A DNA stretch of 63,862 nt, the filler included. It is 5 parts of 5 records of this genome, joined end to end, with 100 filler letters (N's around TTAATTAATTAA, not from the genome) between each part and the next. Parts side by side here need not be neighbours in the genome. Positions count along the whole stretch, not along the records: positions 29,136 to 47,401 come from SRR22947727_245; 4 more parts are not named here. One strand, given 5' to 3'. The notes beneath the pieces were generated by a model. That model did not search any database. It saw nothing but the letters and a program-made list of their open reading frames with translations, and had not been told where the DNA came from. Below, piece by piece: positions 35,675-46,313 of the stretch (the first letter of the stretch is position 1; each line of letters begins with the position of its first letter). The translations under genes were made by a program, and so were the position numbers.

Positions 35675-38176
35675 ATGAAAAAATTATTATTAATCCTTTT
35701 GTCTTTTAACCTTTCAGCAAATATTGACTGGTCTCATAACTCATCTTGCTCAATACCAAATAATGAAATAGTAGAAGTAGAAAGACTTCTTGAGAAAATG
35801 ACATTAGAGCAAAAAGTTGGGCAAATAATAATGCCTGATTTAGATGCTGTTACTCCACTTGAAGCAAAAGAATTCCAACTCGGCACCATCTTAAATGGCG
35901 GAGGTAAATTTCCAAACAAAGAAAAATATAGCTCTGTTTCAGATTGGAAAGAAGTAAGTAAAAATTTTTATGAGGCATCTCCTCAAATAGATGGAGAAAT
36001 TATTCCAATACTATGGGGAACAGATGCTGTTCATGGTCATAATAACGTAATTGGAGCTACAATATTCCCGCACAATATTGGGTTAGGATCAACAAGAAAC
36101 TTCAATCTCATAAAAAAAATTGGAGATGTTGTTGCTAAAGAGCTTTTGTCTACTGGGATAATATGGACTTTTGCTCCTACAATTGCTGTTCCTCAAAATG
36201 ATACATGGGGACGAACATATGAAGGATATTCTGAAGATCCTGAGCTAGTTTCACTGCTTGGTGAGGCAATGATACTGGGTCTTCAAGGTAGCTCAGATCA
36301 ATTTCTTGATCAAAATCATGTATTAGCAACAGCAAAGCATTTTTTAGGAGATGGTGGAACGCAGGATGGTGTTGACCAAGGCAACACAATACTTTCAGAG
36401 CAAGCTCTAAGAGATGTCCATGGACTGCCTTACTTTAGAGCAATGGATGCTTGTGTCCAGTCTGTAATGGCAAGTTTCAACTCATGGAATGGCGAAAAGA
36501 TGCATGGAAATAAAAACTTATTAGAAAATGTACTAAGAGACCAGATGGGTTTTAATGGATTAGTGGTAGGTGACTGGAATGGTCATGGTCAAGTTCCAGG
36601 ATGCACAAAAAGTGACTGCCCTCAATCTTTAAATGCAGGCGTTGATATATTTATGGTTCCCGATGAATGGAAAGAGTTGTATATAAATACTCTCAATTCA
36701 GTTAAAGAAGGCGAAATTAATATCAGTAGACTTGATGATGCTGTAAGGAGAGTTCTAACAGTTAAATATAGACTTGGGCTTCTTAACGGAAGGATTCCTC
36801 ATAACTATAAATATAATTTTATAGGTAATGAGGAGCATAAAGAGATTGCAAGACAAGCAGTTAGAGAGTCAATTGTCCTTCTAAAAAATAACAATCAAAC
36901 ACTTCCAATTAAATCAAATAAACATATTTTAGTGGTAGGTAGTGCCTCACAAAATATATCTAACCAAATGGGTGGCTGGACTATTACTTGGCAGGGTAGA
37001 GGTAATGCTAATAGCGATTTTCCTAATACACTAAGTATTTATGAGGCAATAGAAGAAAAAGCCAAATCAATGAATAGTTCTATTGAATATTCAGAAGATG
37101 GAACATATAAAAGAAAACCTGATGTTGTAATATTTGTTTATGGAGAAGAACCTTACGCTGAAGGTGATGGTGATAGAAAGAATATCTTCTTTATGAATAA
37201 CAATAAAAATCTCATCAATTCTATGACAAATATTAATAACCAAGGCATTCCAAGTGTCTCTCTATTTATATCTGGTAGGCCTTTGGTTATTAATCAAGAA
37301 TTAAATTTGTCTAATGCATTTGTTCAACTATGGCTTCCTGGGACTGCTGTTGAGGGTATTGGTGATGTTATTTTTACCAACATAGATAACAAAGTAGAGC
37401 ATGATTTTGTTGGAAAGTTATCATATTCATGGCCAAGACTTTCCTCTCAGGCCGAGTTAAATTTTAAAGATGATGACTATGATCCTCTTTTTAAATATGG
37501 CTATGGCCTTAGTTATTCAGACAATATATACCTAACAAAGGTTTCTGAAGAGGATAAATCATTTAGGCCTGATGAAATTACTGTATTTATGGGTTCAGCA
37601 TATCCCTCATATGGCGAAACAGTTTCCTATTTCAGCCCTGAAAAAAATGAACGAGTTTATGACGGCATAAACAGTGATATTTATATTGATAAAAACTCTG
37701 GTTTTAACATAACTAAATTTGATTACAAAAAACAGGATGATGCAAAGCTCATTAAATTTGGCCCTAAAAGTATTTATAAAACCTGGTTTATAGGCAGTGG
37801 ATCCAGCGAAGATATTTCTCATATGGAAAATGGATCTGTTCAATTAATATTAAGGCCAAAAAAACTATCATCCGAAAAATTAACCTTAGATTTTGGTTGT
37901 TATAAAACCCAAGAACAAATAAAAAATTCTGAGTCCTCTGTCTGTTATAAATCCATTGATTTAACAAAAATTCTTAAAGATAATTTTGATAATAATTGGA
38001 AGGAAATAAATATTCCTATCAAATGTTTATTTAATCCAGATTTTGAACCTTCTAATTTAACATTGCGCTCTCAGTTTGGTTCTTCAGGCAATTGGGAAAT
38101 AGAACTACATTCTATTAAATTCATTAATAACACTGGATATAATTCTTGCTCACTAAACATCAGCGATTATGAGTAA
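35675..38176 (+). CDS. GH3 beta-glucosidase / exo-1,3-beta-glucosidase with signal peptide and C-terminal accessory domain
   Basis: GTDAVHGH, WGRTYEGYSE, AKHFLGDGG, VGDW nucleophile and GEEPYAEG. Confidence 0.92.
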   Translation: MKKLLLILLSFNLSANIDWSHNSSCSIPNNEIVEVERLLEKMTLEQKVGQIIMPDLDAVTPLEAKEFQLGTILNGGGKFPNKEKYSSVSDWKEVSKNFYEASPQIDGEIIPILWGTDAVHGHNNVIGATIFPHNIGLGSTRNFNLIKKIGDVVAKELLSTGIIWTFAPTIAVPQNDTWGRTYEGYSEDPELVSLLGEAMILGLQGSSDQFLDQNHVLATAKHFLGDGGTQDGVDQGNTILSEQALRDVHGLPYFRAMDACVQSVMASFNSWNGEKMHGNKNLLENVLRDQMGFNGLVVGDWNGHGQVPGCTKSDCPQSLNAGVDIFMVPDEWKELYINTLNSVKEGEINISRLDDAVRRVLTVKYRLGLLNGRIPHNYKYNFIGNEEHKEIARQAVRESIVLLKNNNQTLPIKSNKHILVVGSASQNISNQMGGWTITWQGRGNANSDFPNTLSIYEAIEEKAKSMNSSIEYSEDGTYKRKPDVVIFVYGEEPYAEGDGDRKNIFFMNNNKNLINSMTNINNQGIPSVSLFISGRPLVINQELNLSNAFVQLWLPGTAVEGIGDVIFTNIDNKVEHDFVGKLSYSWPRLSSQAELNFKDDDYDPLFKYGYGLSYSDNIYLTKVSEEDKSFRPDEITVFMGSAYPSYGETVSYFSPEKNERVYDGINSDIYIDKNSGFNITKFDYKKQDDAKLIKFGPKSIYKTWFIGSGSSEDISHMENGSVQLILRPKKLSSEKLTLDFGCYKTQEQIKNSESSVCYKSIDLTKILKDNFDNNWKEINIPIKCLFNPDFEPSNLTLRSQFGSSGNWEIELHSIKFINNTGYNSCSLNISDYE

Positions 38177-39080
38177 AATTTTATTAATTGATATTGGCGG
38201 AACTAATATAAGGTATGCTCTTGCAGAAGATGGTTCTAATTATCTTGATAGTACAAAAAAAATACCTTTGGATACTATCGATAACTTTCATGCTTTTATT
38301 TCAAATATAGTAAGTTCAAAAAATATAGATAACTTAGTTATCTCTGCAGCAGGCCCAAAAATAAATGGAAATATTACTATGACCAATAGAGATTTATCTG
38401 TTAATGAGCAAGAGCTTAAAGATAAGCTAGGTCTCAAAAGCTGCAGCTTGCTTAACGATTGGGAATCAATTGGGTATAGCCTATCTGACATTAAAGAGAC
38501 TGAAATAGGGCTGATTAAAAATGGAAATCCATTCAATGGAAATACTTTTTTTATTGGTCCAGGTACTGGATTGGGTGCAGCTTTTAAGATGGAGGGAGGC
38601 GTCGTAGTACCGACTGAAATTGGAAATACGACAGGGCTCACCAACTCTTTACTTCTTAACTATGGAATTGAAAAACCCACAACAAACTTTGTTACTCTGG
38701 AGGATGTTGTTTCTGGGTCTGCTATATCAAAAATTTACGAATATAAAACTAGTGAAAAAATTTCATCTGAAAATGTAGTCAAGCTTTTTAGAGAGGGTGA
38801 TAAAACAGCAAAGCTCGTTATAGATGGTTTTACAAAATCACTTGCTGAGGTTATCTCTGATATGGCTCTAAACTTTATTTCTGGTAATGGGGTCTATATA
38901 GCCGGAAGCTTAATGCGAACTATTGTTGAGCTTATGGATAAAGACCTTTTCGTTAGAAACTTTATGAGTAACAAGAAAGGGATACATAAAGACTTATTAG
39001 AAATGATACCTATTGGAATGATCAATCGAGAACACGCCTGTCTTCTTGGAAATTTAAATTACTACAATCTACACAAATAA
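38169..39080 (+). CDS. glk: glucokinase
   Basis: DIGGTNIR, LNDW, GPGTGLG and TEIG motifs. Confidence 0.9.
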   Translation: MSKILLIDIGGTNIRYALAEDGSNYLDSTKKIPLDTIDNFHAFISNIVSSKNIDNLVISAAGPKINGNITMTNRDLSVNEQELKDKLGLKSCSLLNDWESIGYSLSDIKETEIGLIKNGNPFNGNTFFIGPGTGLGAAFKMEGGVVVPTEIGNTTGLTNSLLLNYGIEKPTTNFVTLEDVVSGSAISKIYEYKTSEKISSENVVKLFREGDKTAKLVIDGFTKSLAEVISDMALNFISGNGVYIAGSLMRTIVELMDKDLFVRNFMSNKKGIHKDLLEMIPIGMINREHACLLGNLNYYNLHK

Positions 39081-42000
39081 ATGAAAGACTTAAAAAATAT
39101 CTTTATGGGTAAAACCCCTATCAATTTTAATCATGATGACATCATTGGTTCTGAGGTTGTTATTAATGGAGAGAATTTTTATAAAATTTCAAATGTAGAA
39201 TCAATGCGACCATTTTTTATGAGTATAGTAAGTCCCTATAATCATTGGTTGTTTATATCAAGCAATGGGGCCTTGTCTGCTGGAAGAAAAGATAATGATA
39301 ATGCATTATTTCCCTACTATACTGACGATAAAATCACTGAATCTCATGATATAACAGGAAGCAAATCTATCTTCCATATTACAAATGGTGATTCGTCTAG
39401 CTTGTGGGAACCCTTTAAGGTTGAAGCTTCAAGCGCATATAAAATAACAAGGAATTTATATAAAAACCTTAGAGGAACAAAAATTCTTTTTGAGGAAATA
39501 AATTATGATTTAGGACTTGAGTACTCTTACCAATGGAATATTAGTGACAAATTTGGGTTTGTAAGGAAATCACTTCTTAAGAATAATACTAACTCTAATA
39601 TAGATATTAGAATTTTAGATGGAATTCATAATATTCTTCCATGGGGTGTAGAATTCTATACTCAAAACTCAACAAGTAACCTTGTTGATGCATATAAAAG
39701 AAGTGAGCTTGTAAAAGATAGTGGTATTGGTATGTTTGCAATGAGCGCTATCTTGGTCGATAAAGCTGAGCCTAGTGAAGCTCTAAAAACAAATATTGCA
39801 TGGAGTTTAGGGTTAGATTCTTCAAAGAAACTCTTATCTTCTTCTCAAATTTATAGATTTATAAGAACAGGTAATGTTGAAGAAGAGTTTGATATTAAGG
39901 CTGAGAAGGGTGCTTATCTGCTCAATTCAAATATTTCATTAGATTCAAATAGCACTCAATCATGGATGATAGTTGCAGACGTAAATAAAGACGCATCTGC
40001 TGTCATGAATATTGATAAAGAGATTCTTAATAATTCCAGTCTTTGGAATGAAATTGAAAACGATGTCCAGTTATCATCTGATGAGCTTTATAAATTAACC
40101 GGATCATCTGATGGACTTCAGACCACCTCTGATAAAAGAAGAAATATTCGCCATTTTTCAAATACAATATTTAACATAATGAGAGGCGGAATTTTTGATA
40201 ATGACTATTTAATTGAAAAGAATGACTTTTTTTCTTATTTAGAAAATGCAAATATTAAAATATTTAATAATGTTAAAAATGAACTGAATTCTCTTGAAAA
40301 TACATTCACACTTTTCGATCTAAGAGGCCTTATTAAATCTTCAGAAGATTTAGACTTCAAACGTCTTGCAGGTGAATATTTACCTTTAAAATTTAGTAGA
40401 AGACATGGCGATCCTAGCAGACCATGGAATCAATTTTCGATAAATACCACAAATGAGGATGGTTCAAAAATTTTAGACTATGAGGGTAATTGGAGGGATA
40501 TTTTTCAAAATTGGGAAGCCCTGGCTTATTCATACCCTCAATTTATTGACAATATGATCTTAAAATTTTTGAATGCATCTACATTTGATGGCTATAACCC
40601 ATATCGTGTAACAAAAGATGGGTTTGATTGGGAGACAATTGAACCTGATAATCCCTGGTCTTATATTGGTTATTGGGGTGATCATCAAATTATCTATTTA
40701 CTTAAGTTTCTAGAGTTTGCTGAGGATTACTATCCAGAAAAAATTGAGCAATATTTCGTAAAAAATATATTTGTATATGCAAATGTTCCCTACGAAATAA
40801 AGCCATACGATGAAATGGTTGTAGACCCAAAAAATACAATTATTTTTAATCATGAAAACGAAGACAGCATCATTAGCGCAAGATCAAGCATTGGATCTGA
40901 TGGTGCATTATTGCTAGATTCTAATAAAGATATTGTAAGAGTAAATTTTATTGAAAAAATACTCGCAACTGTTCTAGCTAAGATTTCTAATTTTATTCCT
41001 GGTGCTGGAATATGGATGAATACGCAAAGACCAGAATGGAATGATGCAAACAATGCTCTTGTCGGAAATGGCGTATCAATGGTAACCCTATATTACCTAA
41101 GAAGATTTTTACAATTTTTTAATAATTTACTGAAAAAATCAAATCTTGAGAAAGTTCATATTTCTGAAGAGCTTAATAAGATTTTTCAATCTATTAATAA
41201 CATATTTGTCTTGAATCAGTCTATTTTAGCTAACCAAGGCATAAATGATGTTGATAGAAAGTTGATAATGGACTCTCTAGGAGAGGCAGCTAGCAGCTAT
41301 AGGTCAAAAGTTTATAAATATAATTTTTCTGGAAATAAAGAGCCTGTTTCTATTAATGATATTAAAGATTTTATCGACCTTGCAACTAAGTTCCTAGAGC
41401 ACACCATCGATTTCAATAAAAGAGAAGATGGTCTATATCATGCCTACAACTTAATTAATATTGAATCAGACAAGGTTTCTGTTTCATACCTTTCTGAAAT
41501 GCTTGAAGGCCAAGTTGGAATTCTAAGCTCAAAGTATCTATCAACCAATGAGAGCTTGGACGTTCTTAATTCATTGAAAAAAAGCGCATTATTTAGAGAA
41601 AATCAATATAGTTATTTACTTTATCCAAATAAAGAACTTCCAGGATTTCTAAAGAAAAATGTAATATCTAAAAATCTTGTAAAAGGATCTAAGCTTTTAG
41701 AGGTTTTAATTAAAGACGGTAACACTCAACTTATAAAAGAAGATTGCAATGGAGTCTTTCATTTTAATGGCAATTTTAATAATTCCAACTCTCTGAAAGA
41801 TGAGTTTGCTAATTTGCCTAGCAAGTACTCAGAGCTAGTGAAAGAAGAAGAGCAGTTAATATTAGATATTTTTGAGCAAGTTTTTGACCATAAATCTTTT
41901 ACCGGTAGATCTGGAACTTTTTATGGTTATGAAGGCCTTGGCTCTATTTATTGGCACATGGTATCTAAATTATTGCTAGCTGTATTTGAGGTAACAAGGG

Positions 42001-42548
42001 ATTCAATAAAAGATGGAAGTACAAAAGATACGGTTGGAAGTTTATTTGATCATTATTTTGAAATAAATGAAGGTATTGGTGTAAACAAGTCTCCTAGCCT
42101 TTATGGTGCTTTTCCTACAGACCCCTACTCCCATACTCCATTCGGAAAGGGTGTTCAGCAACCTGGCATGACCGGTCAAGTTAAAGAAGATATCCTTAGT
42201 AGATTTGGAGAGATGGGTGTTCTTATCAAGAATGGAAAAATTAAATTCCATCCCACAATAATGAAAAAAGAAGAGTTCTTAAAAGAGCCTAGAACATTTA
42301 AATATATTGATCTTGATAGAAATATTATCTCCTTGGAACTTGATAGCGGCATGCTTGGTCTAACTATCTGTCAGGTGCCTGTTATTTATCACGAAAGCGA
42401 CAAAGAGTTGATAGAAGTTTTGTTTGCTGATGGTTCATCTAAGGAAATAGAAGGAGATGAGATTGATGAATCTTTGAGTCAAAGCATTTTCAATCGTGAT
42501 AAAAAAATAGAAAAGTTAAAGGTATATGTTAAAACAAATAATGGATAA
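39081..42548 (+). CDS. beta-1,3-glucan phosphorylase (GH149-like)
   Basis: 1155 aa; FSRRHGDPSRPWN, EGNWRDIFQNWE, RPEWNDANNAL, YEGLGSIYWHM and GMTGQVKED; sits among GH17 genes. Confidence 0.82.
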   Translation: MKDLKNIFMGKTPINFNHDDIIGSEVVINGENFYKISNVESMRPFFMSIVSPYNHWLFISSNGALSAGRKDNDNALFPYYTDDKITESHDITGSKSIFHITNGDSSSLWEPFKVEASSAYKITRNLYKNLRGTKILFEEINYDLGLEYSYQWNISDKFGFVRKSLLKNNTNSNIDIRILDGIHNILPWGVEFYTQNSTSNLVDAYKRSELVKDSGIGMFAMSAILVDKAEPSEALKTNIAWSLGLDSSKKLLSSSQIYRFIRTGNVEEEFDIKAEKGAYLLNSNISLDSNSTQSWMIVADVNKDASAVMNIDKEILNNSSLWNEIENDVQLSSDELYKLTGSSDGLQTTSDKRRNIRHFSNTIFNIMRGGIFDNDYLIEKNDFFSYLENANIKIFNNVKNELNSLENTFTLFDLRGLIKSSEDLDFKRLAGEYLPLKFSRRHGDPSRPWNQFSINTTNEDGSKILDYEGNWRDIFQNWEALAYSYPQFIDNMILKFLNASTFDGYNPYRVTKDGFDWETIEPDNPWSYIGYWGDHQIIYLLKFLEFAEDYYPEKIEQYFVKNIFVYANVPYEIKPYDEMVVDPKNTIIFNHENEDSIISARSSIGSDGALLLDSNKDIVRVNFIEKILATVLAKISNFIPGAGIWMNTQRPEWNDANNALVGNGVSMVTLYYLRRFLQFFNNLLKKSNLEKVHISEELNKIFQSINNIFVLNQSILANQGINDVDRKLIMDSLGEAASSYRSKVYKYNFSGNKEPVSINDIKDFIDLATKFLEHTIDFNKREDGLYHAYNLINIESDKVSVSYLSEMLEGQVGILSSKYLSTNESLDVLNSLKKSALFRENQYSYLLYPNKELPGFLKKNVISKNLVKGSKLLEVLIKDGNTQLIKEDCNGVFHFNGNFNNSNSLKDEFANLPSKYSELVKEEEQLILDIFEQVFDHKSFTGRSGTFYGYEGLGSIYWHMVSKLLLAVFEVTRDSIKDGSTKDTVGSLFDHYFEINEGIGVNKSPSLYGAFPTDPYSHTPFGKGVQQPGMTGQVKEDILSRFGEMGVLIKNGKIKFHPTIMKKEEFLKEPRTFKYIDLDRNIISLELDSGMLGLTICQVPVIYHESDKELIEVLFADGSSKEIEGDEIDESLSQSIFNRDKKIEKLKVYVKTNNG

Positions 42549-42617
42549 TTAGTTCTGAAAATTTTTACAATAAGAAAAACGTTAATCATCACGGCACTTT
42601 TAATCCTGTTTACAAGT

Positions 42618-43826
42618 TTGGTTAATTTAAGTGGTAATAATAAAAATATGAATAAATCTGCAAAAGAATTTCTTGGCAATTCAAACTATCAGGCTATCTC
42701 ATATGGAGGCTTTCGAGGCCAAACAAGACAAGATGAGCCTTCAATAGCTCAAATTAAAGAGGACTTGATGCTCATGAGTGCTCAAGGATTTAAAGTAATA
42801 AGAACATATGATGTCCATCATGAATTTGCAGAAAATACTCTTGAGTCAATAAAGCAGTTAAAAATGGATGATGATAGTTTTGAGATGTATGTAATGCTTG
42901 GGGCATGGATTGACTGCGAGAATTCATTCACAGATTCACCAAATCACAATCAAGAAGATTTAGAGGGCAATACAAAAGAAATTCAAGAGGTCGTTAGGCT
43001 TGCAAAAAAATATCCTGAAATAGTTAAAATTATAGCTGTAGGAAATGAATCAATGGTTCATTGGGCAACTAGCTATTTTGTCGCACCTAATATTATTTTA
43101 AATTGGGTTAACTATTTGCAGGATCTAAAGTTGTCTGGAGATTTACCAAAGAGCCTTTGGATTACAAGCTCAGATAATTTTGCATCATGGGGCGGGGGAG
43201 GTTCAGAGTATCATAATGAAGATTTAGAAAGCCTTATGAAAGCTGTTGATTATATTTCAGTTCATACATATCCATTTCATGATACCCACTACAACCCAGT
43301 CTTTTGGAAACTAGAGGATGTAAATTTATTTGATAACAAGTTAGATGCTATAGATCATGCAATGAAGAAAGCTGTTGATTATCAGTACGCGCAATTTCTA
43401 AGTGTTAAAAATTATATGCAAAGCATTGGTATTCAGAAAGATATCCATATTGGTGAGACTGGATGGGCATCAATTGCTACTGATTTATATGGGGATGAGG
43501 GCACGCACGCAGCCGATGAATACAAACAGTCAATCTATTTTGATTTGACAACTAAATTATGCAATTCTTTAAAAATATCATGTTTTTATTTTTCAGCATT
43601 TGATGAACCCTGGAAGGATTCATCAAATCAATCTGGATCAGAAAATCATTTTGGATTATTTACGGTTGAAGGCAAAGCTAAATATGCTTTATGGTCAAGT
43701 GTTGATAGTGGTCTTTTTAAAGGCCTGGGTCGTAACGGTATAGATGTTCAAAAAACATACTATGGCAATAAGGAAGATTTAATTAAAATGGTTCAGCCTC
43801 CTTTAAGCTATATTTCGGAGCAATAA
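42618..43826 (+). CDS. GH17 beta-1,3-glucanase (true start probably upstream, see findings)
   Basis: IRTY, AVGNE acid/base, IGETGW nucleophile and FDEPWK...ENHFG. Confidence 0.88.
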   Translation: MVNLSGNNKNMNKSAKEFLGNSNYQAISYGGFRGQTRQDEPSIAQIKEDLMLMSAQGFKVIRTYDVHHEFAENTLESIKQLKMDDDSFEMYVMLGAWIDCENSFTDSPNHNQEDLEGNTKEIQEVVRLAKKYPEIVKIIAVGNESMVHWATSYFVAPNIILNWVNYLQDLKLSGDLPKSLWITSSDNFASWGGGGSEYHNEDLESLMKAVDYISVHTYPFHDTHYNPVFWKLEDVNLFDNKLDAIDHAMKKAVDYQYAQFLSVKNYMQSIGIQKDIHIGETGWASIATDLYGDEGTHAADEYKQSIYFDLTTKLCNSLKISCFYFSAFDEPWKDSSNQSGSENHFGLFTVEGKAKYALWSSVDSGLFKGLGRNGIDVQKTYYGNKEDLIKMVQPPLSYISEQ

Positions 43827-43831
43827 TTATT

Positions 43832-44839
43832 ATGAAAAAACTTACTTTAAAAATCTCAGCATTTGTTTTATTTGTATCCATTTCCTCATTTGCTAATGAT
43901 GTTCAAGTTTCGCAAAAGAAACTGACACTAAATGGAGATATATTTTATATCAAAGGGGTATGCTATCACCCTGTTCCTCTAGGCTCAAAACATAGAAGCT
44001 TCGACACAATTGACCAAGACCTTGCTTTAATGAAAGAAGCGGGCATTAATACTTTGAGGGTATATAAACCTATAGATGATATTAAAATTTTAGATAAAAT
44101 TGCTTCATATGGCATAAAAGTAATCATTAGCTTTGGTTATAACCAGAATGGCTTCTTTGATATTTTATCTGGAACTTATATAGACTATGTAAAAAAATAT
44201 AAAGACCATGATGCAATTTTATTATGGGAGCTCGGAAATGAATATAACTATCATCCTGAATGGTTTGGTGGAGATATAGCAAACTGGTATAACGCTCTCA
44301 ACAATGCATCAATAAAAATCCATACCATAGACAAGAATCATCCTGTTTCGACTGCTCACGGTGATTTGCCTGATGAGCAAGCTAGAAGCCTGGTTAGTGA
44401 TATAGATATGTGGGGTGTTAATGTTTACAGATGGGACCAGCCAGTTTCTATTTTAGAAGAGTGGTCAGATGTAAGCGATAAGCCTATATATTTTGCTGAG
44501 CTTGGTAGCGATAGCTACATGACAATTACCAGAGATATATATGAAGAAGGTGTAAGCGAATCAGCTCAAGCAGACGCTAATATGATAATGCTAAATGCAG
44601 TTATAGATAATATTGAACTAAGTGCAGGTATTGTTATTTTTCAATTTGTTGATGGTCTTTGGAAGGCTGGAAATCCATCTAAGCAAGATGTGGGTGGCTG
44701 GGCTCCCAATAGCAGCGGAGTTCCTTATGATGGGACTGCTAACGAAGAATTTTTTGGACTAGTTGATATTGATAGAAGTAAGAAAAAATCTTATGAAGTT
44801 GTTAAAGATATATTTAATAAGCCAATTATAAACAGATGA
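43832..44839 (+). CDS. clan GH-A TIM-barrel glycoside hydrolase (GH2-TIM/GH158-like), secreted
   Basis: Signal peptide; IKGVCY, GINTLRVY, WELGNE and FAELG motifs. Confidence 0.75.
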   Translation: MKKLTLKISAFVLFVSISSFANDVQVSQKKLTLNGDIFYIKGVCYHPVPLGSKHRSFDTIDQDLALMKEAGINTLRVYKPIDDIKILDKIASYGIKVIISFGYNQNGFFDILSGTYIDYVKKYKDHDAILLWELGNEYNYHPEWFGGDIANWYNALNNASIKIHTIDKNHPVSTAHGDLPDEQARSLVSDIDMWGVNVYRWDQPVSILEEWSDVSDKPIYFAELGSDSYMTITRDIYEEGVSESAQADANMIMLNAVIDNIELSAGIVIFQFVDGLWKAGNPSKQDVGGWAPNSSGVPYDGTANEEFFGLVDIDRSKKKSYEVVKDIFNKPIINR

Positions 44840-44883
44840 GATTATGCTCAAATATAGATCTATAAAAAATATATAATATAAGC

Positions 44884-46311
44884 ATGAATACTCAAGAAGC
44901 TGCCCATATAAAAAAGGTACCACTTTCTCATAAAATTGCCTTTGGTGTTGGAATGCTGGGAAATCAAATGTTTCCAGCTGCGCTAGGTATCTTCATGGTT
45001 GTATTAATACAAAACTTAGGCTTTAACCCATTGTTATACGGTGTTATTGCTTTTGTGCCAAGACTTGTTGACGCAATAACAGATCCTTTGATGGGATTTA
45101 TATCAGATAATACACAATCAAAATGGGGGAAGAGAAGGCAGTATGTTTTCATCGGAGCCATTTTGACTGGCCTTTCATTTATAGCTATGTGGCAGCTATA
45201 TTCACAAAATGGAATAGTATTTAACTTTTGGTATTTTTTAGTTTTATCATTAGCTTTTTATCTAGGCATTACAATTTTTAGTATCCCTTTTGTGGCAATG
45301 GGTTACGAGATGAGCAGTGATTTCCATGAAAGAACTAGAATTATGGCTATTTCTCAATTTATAGGTCAGTTTGCATGGGTTGTGGCCCCATGGATTTGGG
45401 TGATTATCTACAATCCAGATTTATTTGAAAGTCCTGAAAGTGCAACAAGACAATTGGCTGTAATTATTGGTATAGCCTGTACAATCTTTGCCCTTACTCC
45501 AGCCTTATTCATAAATTCAAAATCAACTCTTGATGATAATAACTTAATACCTCTTACAACCGAGAATATAGGCAAGAGCTTCAAAAATATATTTGTTATT
45601 TTTGGCGATGCTTTTAAAAATATCCCATTCAGAAAGCTATGCATTGCAACATTTTTAATTTTTAATTCTTTTCAAACTATCGCTGCTTTTTCTTTTTTTA
45701 TTATTGTTTACTATTTATTTAATGGGGATGCTGGTGCGGCTGGTGTTTGGCCAACACTGCACGGCTCAGTCGGCGCTATATGCACTAGTTTTTTAGTAAT
45801 ACCAATACTGTCTTCAATGGCTCAAAGGATAGGTAAGAAAGATACTTTTCTTATATCTCAAGCAGTTTCTGTTGTTGGTTATATCTTATTCTGGTTTTTA
45901 TTTATTCCTGGAAAGCCATATATGTTCTTATTTGCCTTACCATTCTTTTCATTTGGCATAGGAGGTCTTTTTACTCTGATGATGAGTATGACGGCAGATG
46001 TATGTGATTTAGATGAATTAGAAAATGGCCTACCAAGAAAAGAAGGCTCTTTTGGTGCTATATATTGGTGGATGGTTAAATTAGGAACAGCTATTGCCGG
46101 CCTTTTTTCTGGATTAATATTATATTTCGTAGGTTTTGAAGCGGGAATAGGAACTCAACCAGCTGGAACCATGGATGGTCTTCGTTTCTTTTACTCAGCA
46201 ATACCAATTGCTGGAACCTTGGCAGCAATTTATGTAATGAAAGATTACGATATAGATGAGGAAAGAGCTAAAAAGATAAAACAAGAGCTTCAAATTAGGA
46301 ATTCAAAATAA
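44884..46311 (+). CDS. MFS glycoside transporter (GPH/MelB family)
   Basis: DAITDPLMGFISD..WGKRR, ERT, ADVCD.DE...EG motifs; 12-TM pattern. Confidence 0.9.
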   Translation: MNTQEAAHIKKVPLSHKIAFGVGMLGNQMFPAALGIFMVVLIQNLGFNPLLYGVIAFVPRLVDAITDPLMGFISDNTQSKWGKRRQYVFIGAILTGLSFIAMWQLYSQNGIVFNFWYFLVLSLAFYLGITIFSIPFVAMGYEMSSDFHERTRIMAISQFIGQFAWVVAPWIWVIIYNPDLFESPESATRQLAVIIGIACTIFALTPALFINSKSTLDDNNLIPLTTENIGKSFKNIFVIFGDAFKNIPFRKLCIATFLIFNSFQTIAAFSFFIIVYYLFNGDAGAAGVWPTLHGSVGAICTSFLVIPILSSMAQRIGKKDTFLISQAVSVVGYILFWFLFIPGKPYMFLFALPFFSFGIGGLFTLMMSMTADVCDLDELENGLPRKEGSFGAIYWWMVKLGTAIAGLFSGLILYFVGFEAGIGTQPAGTMDGLRFFYSAIPIAGTLAAIYVMKDYDIDEERAKKIKQELQIRNSK

Positions 46312-46313
46312 GA

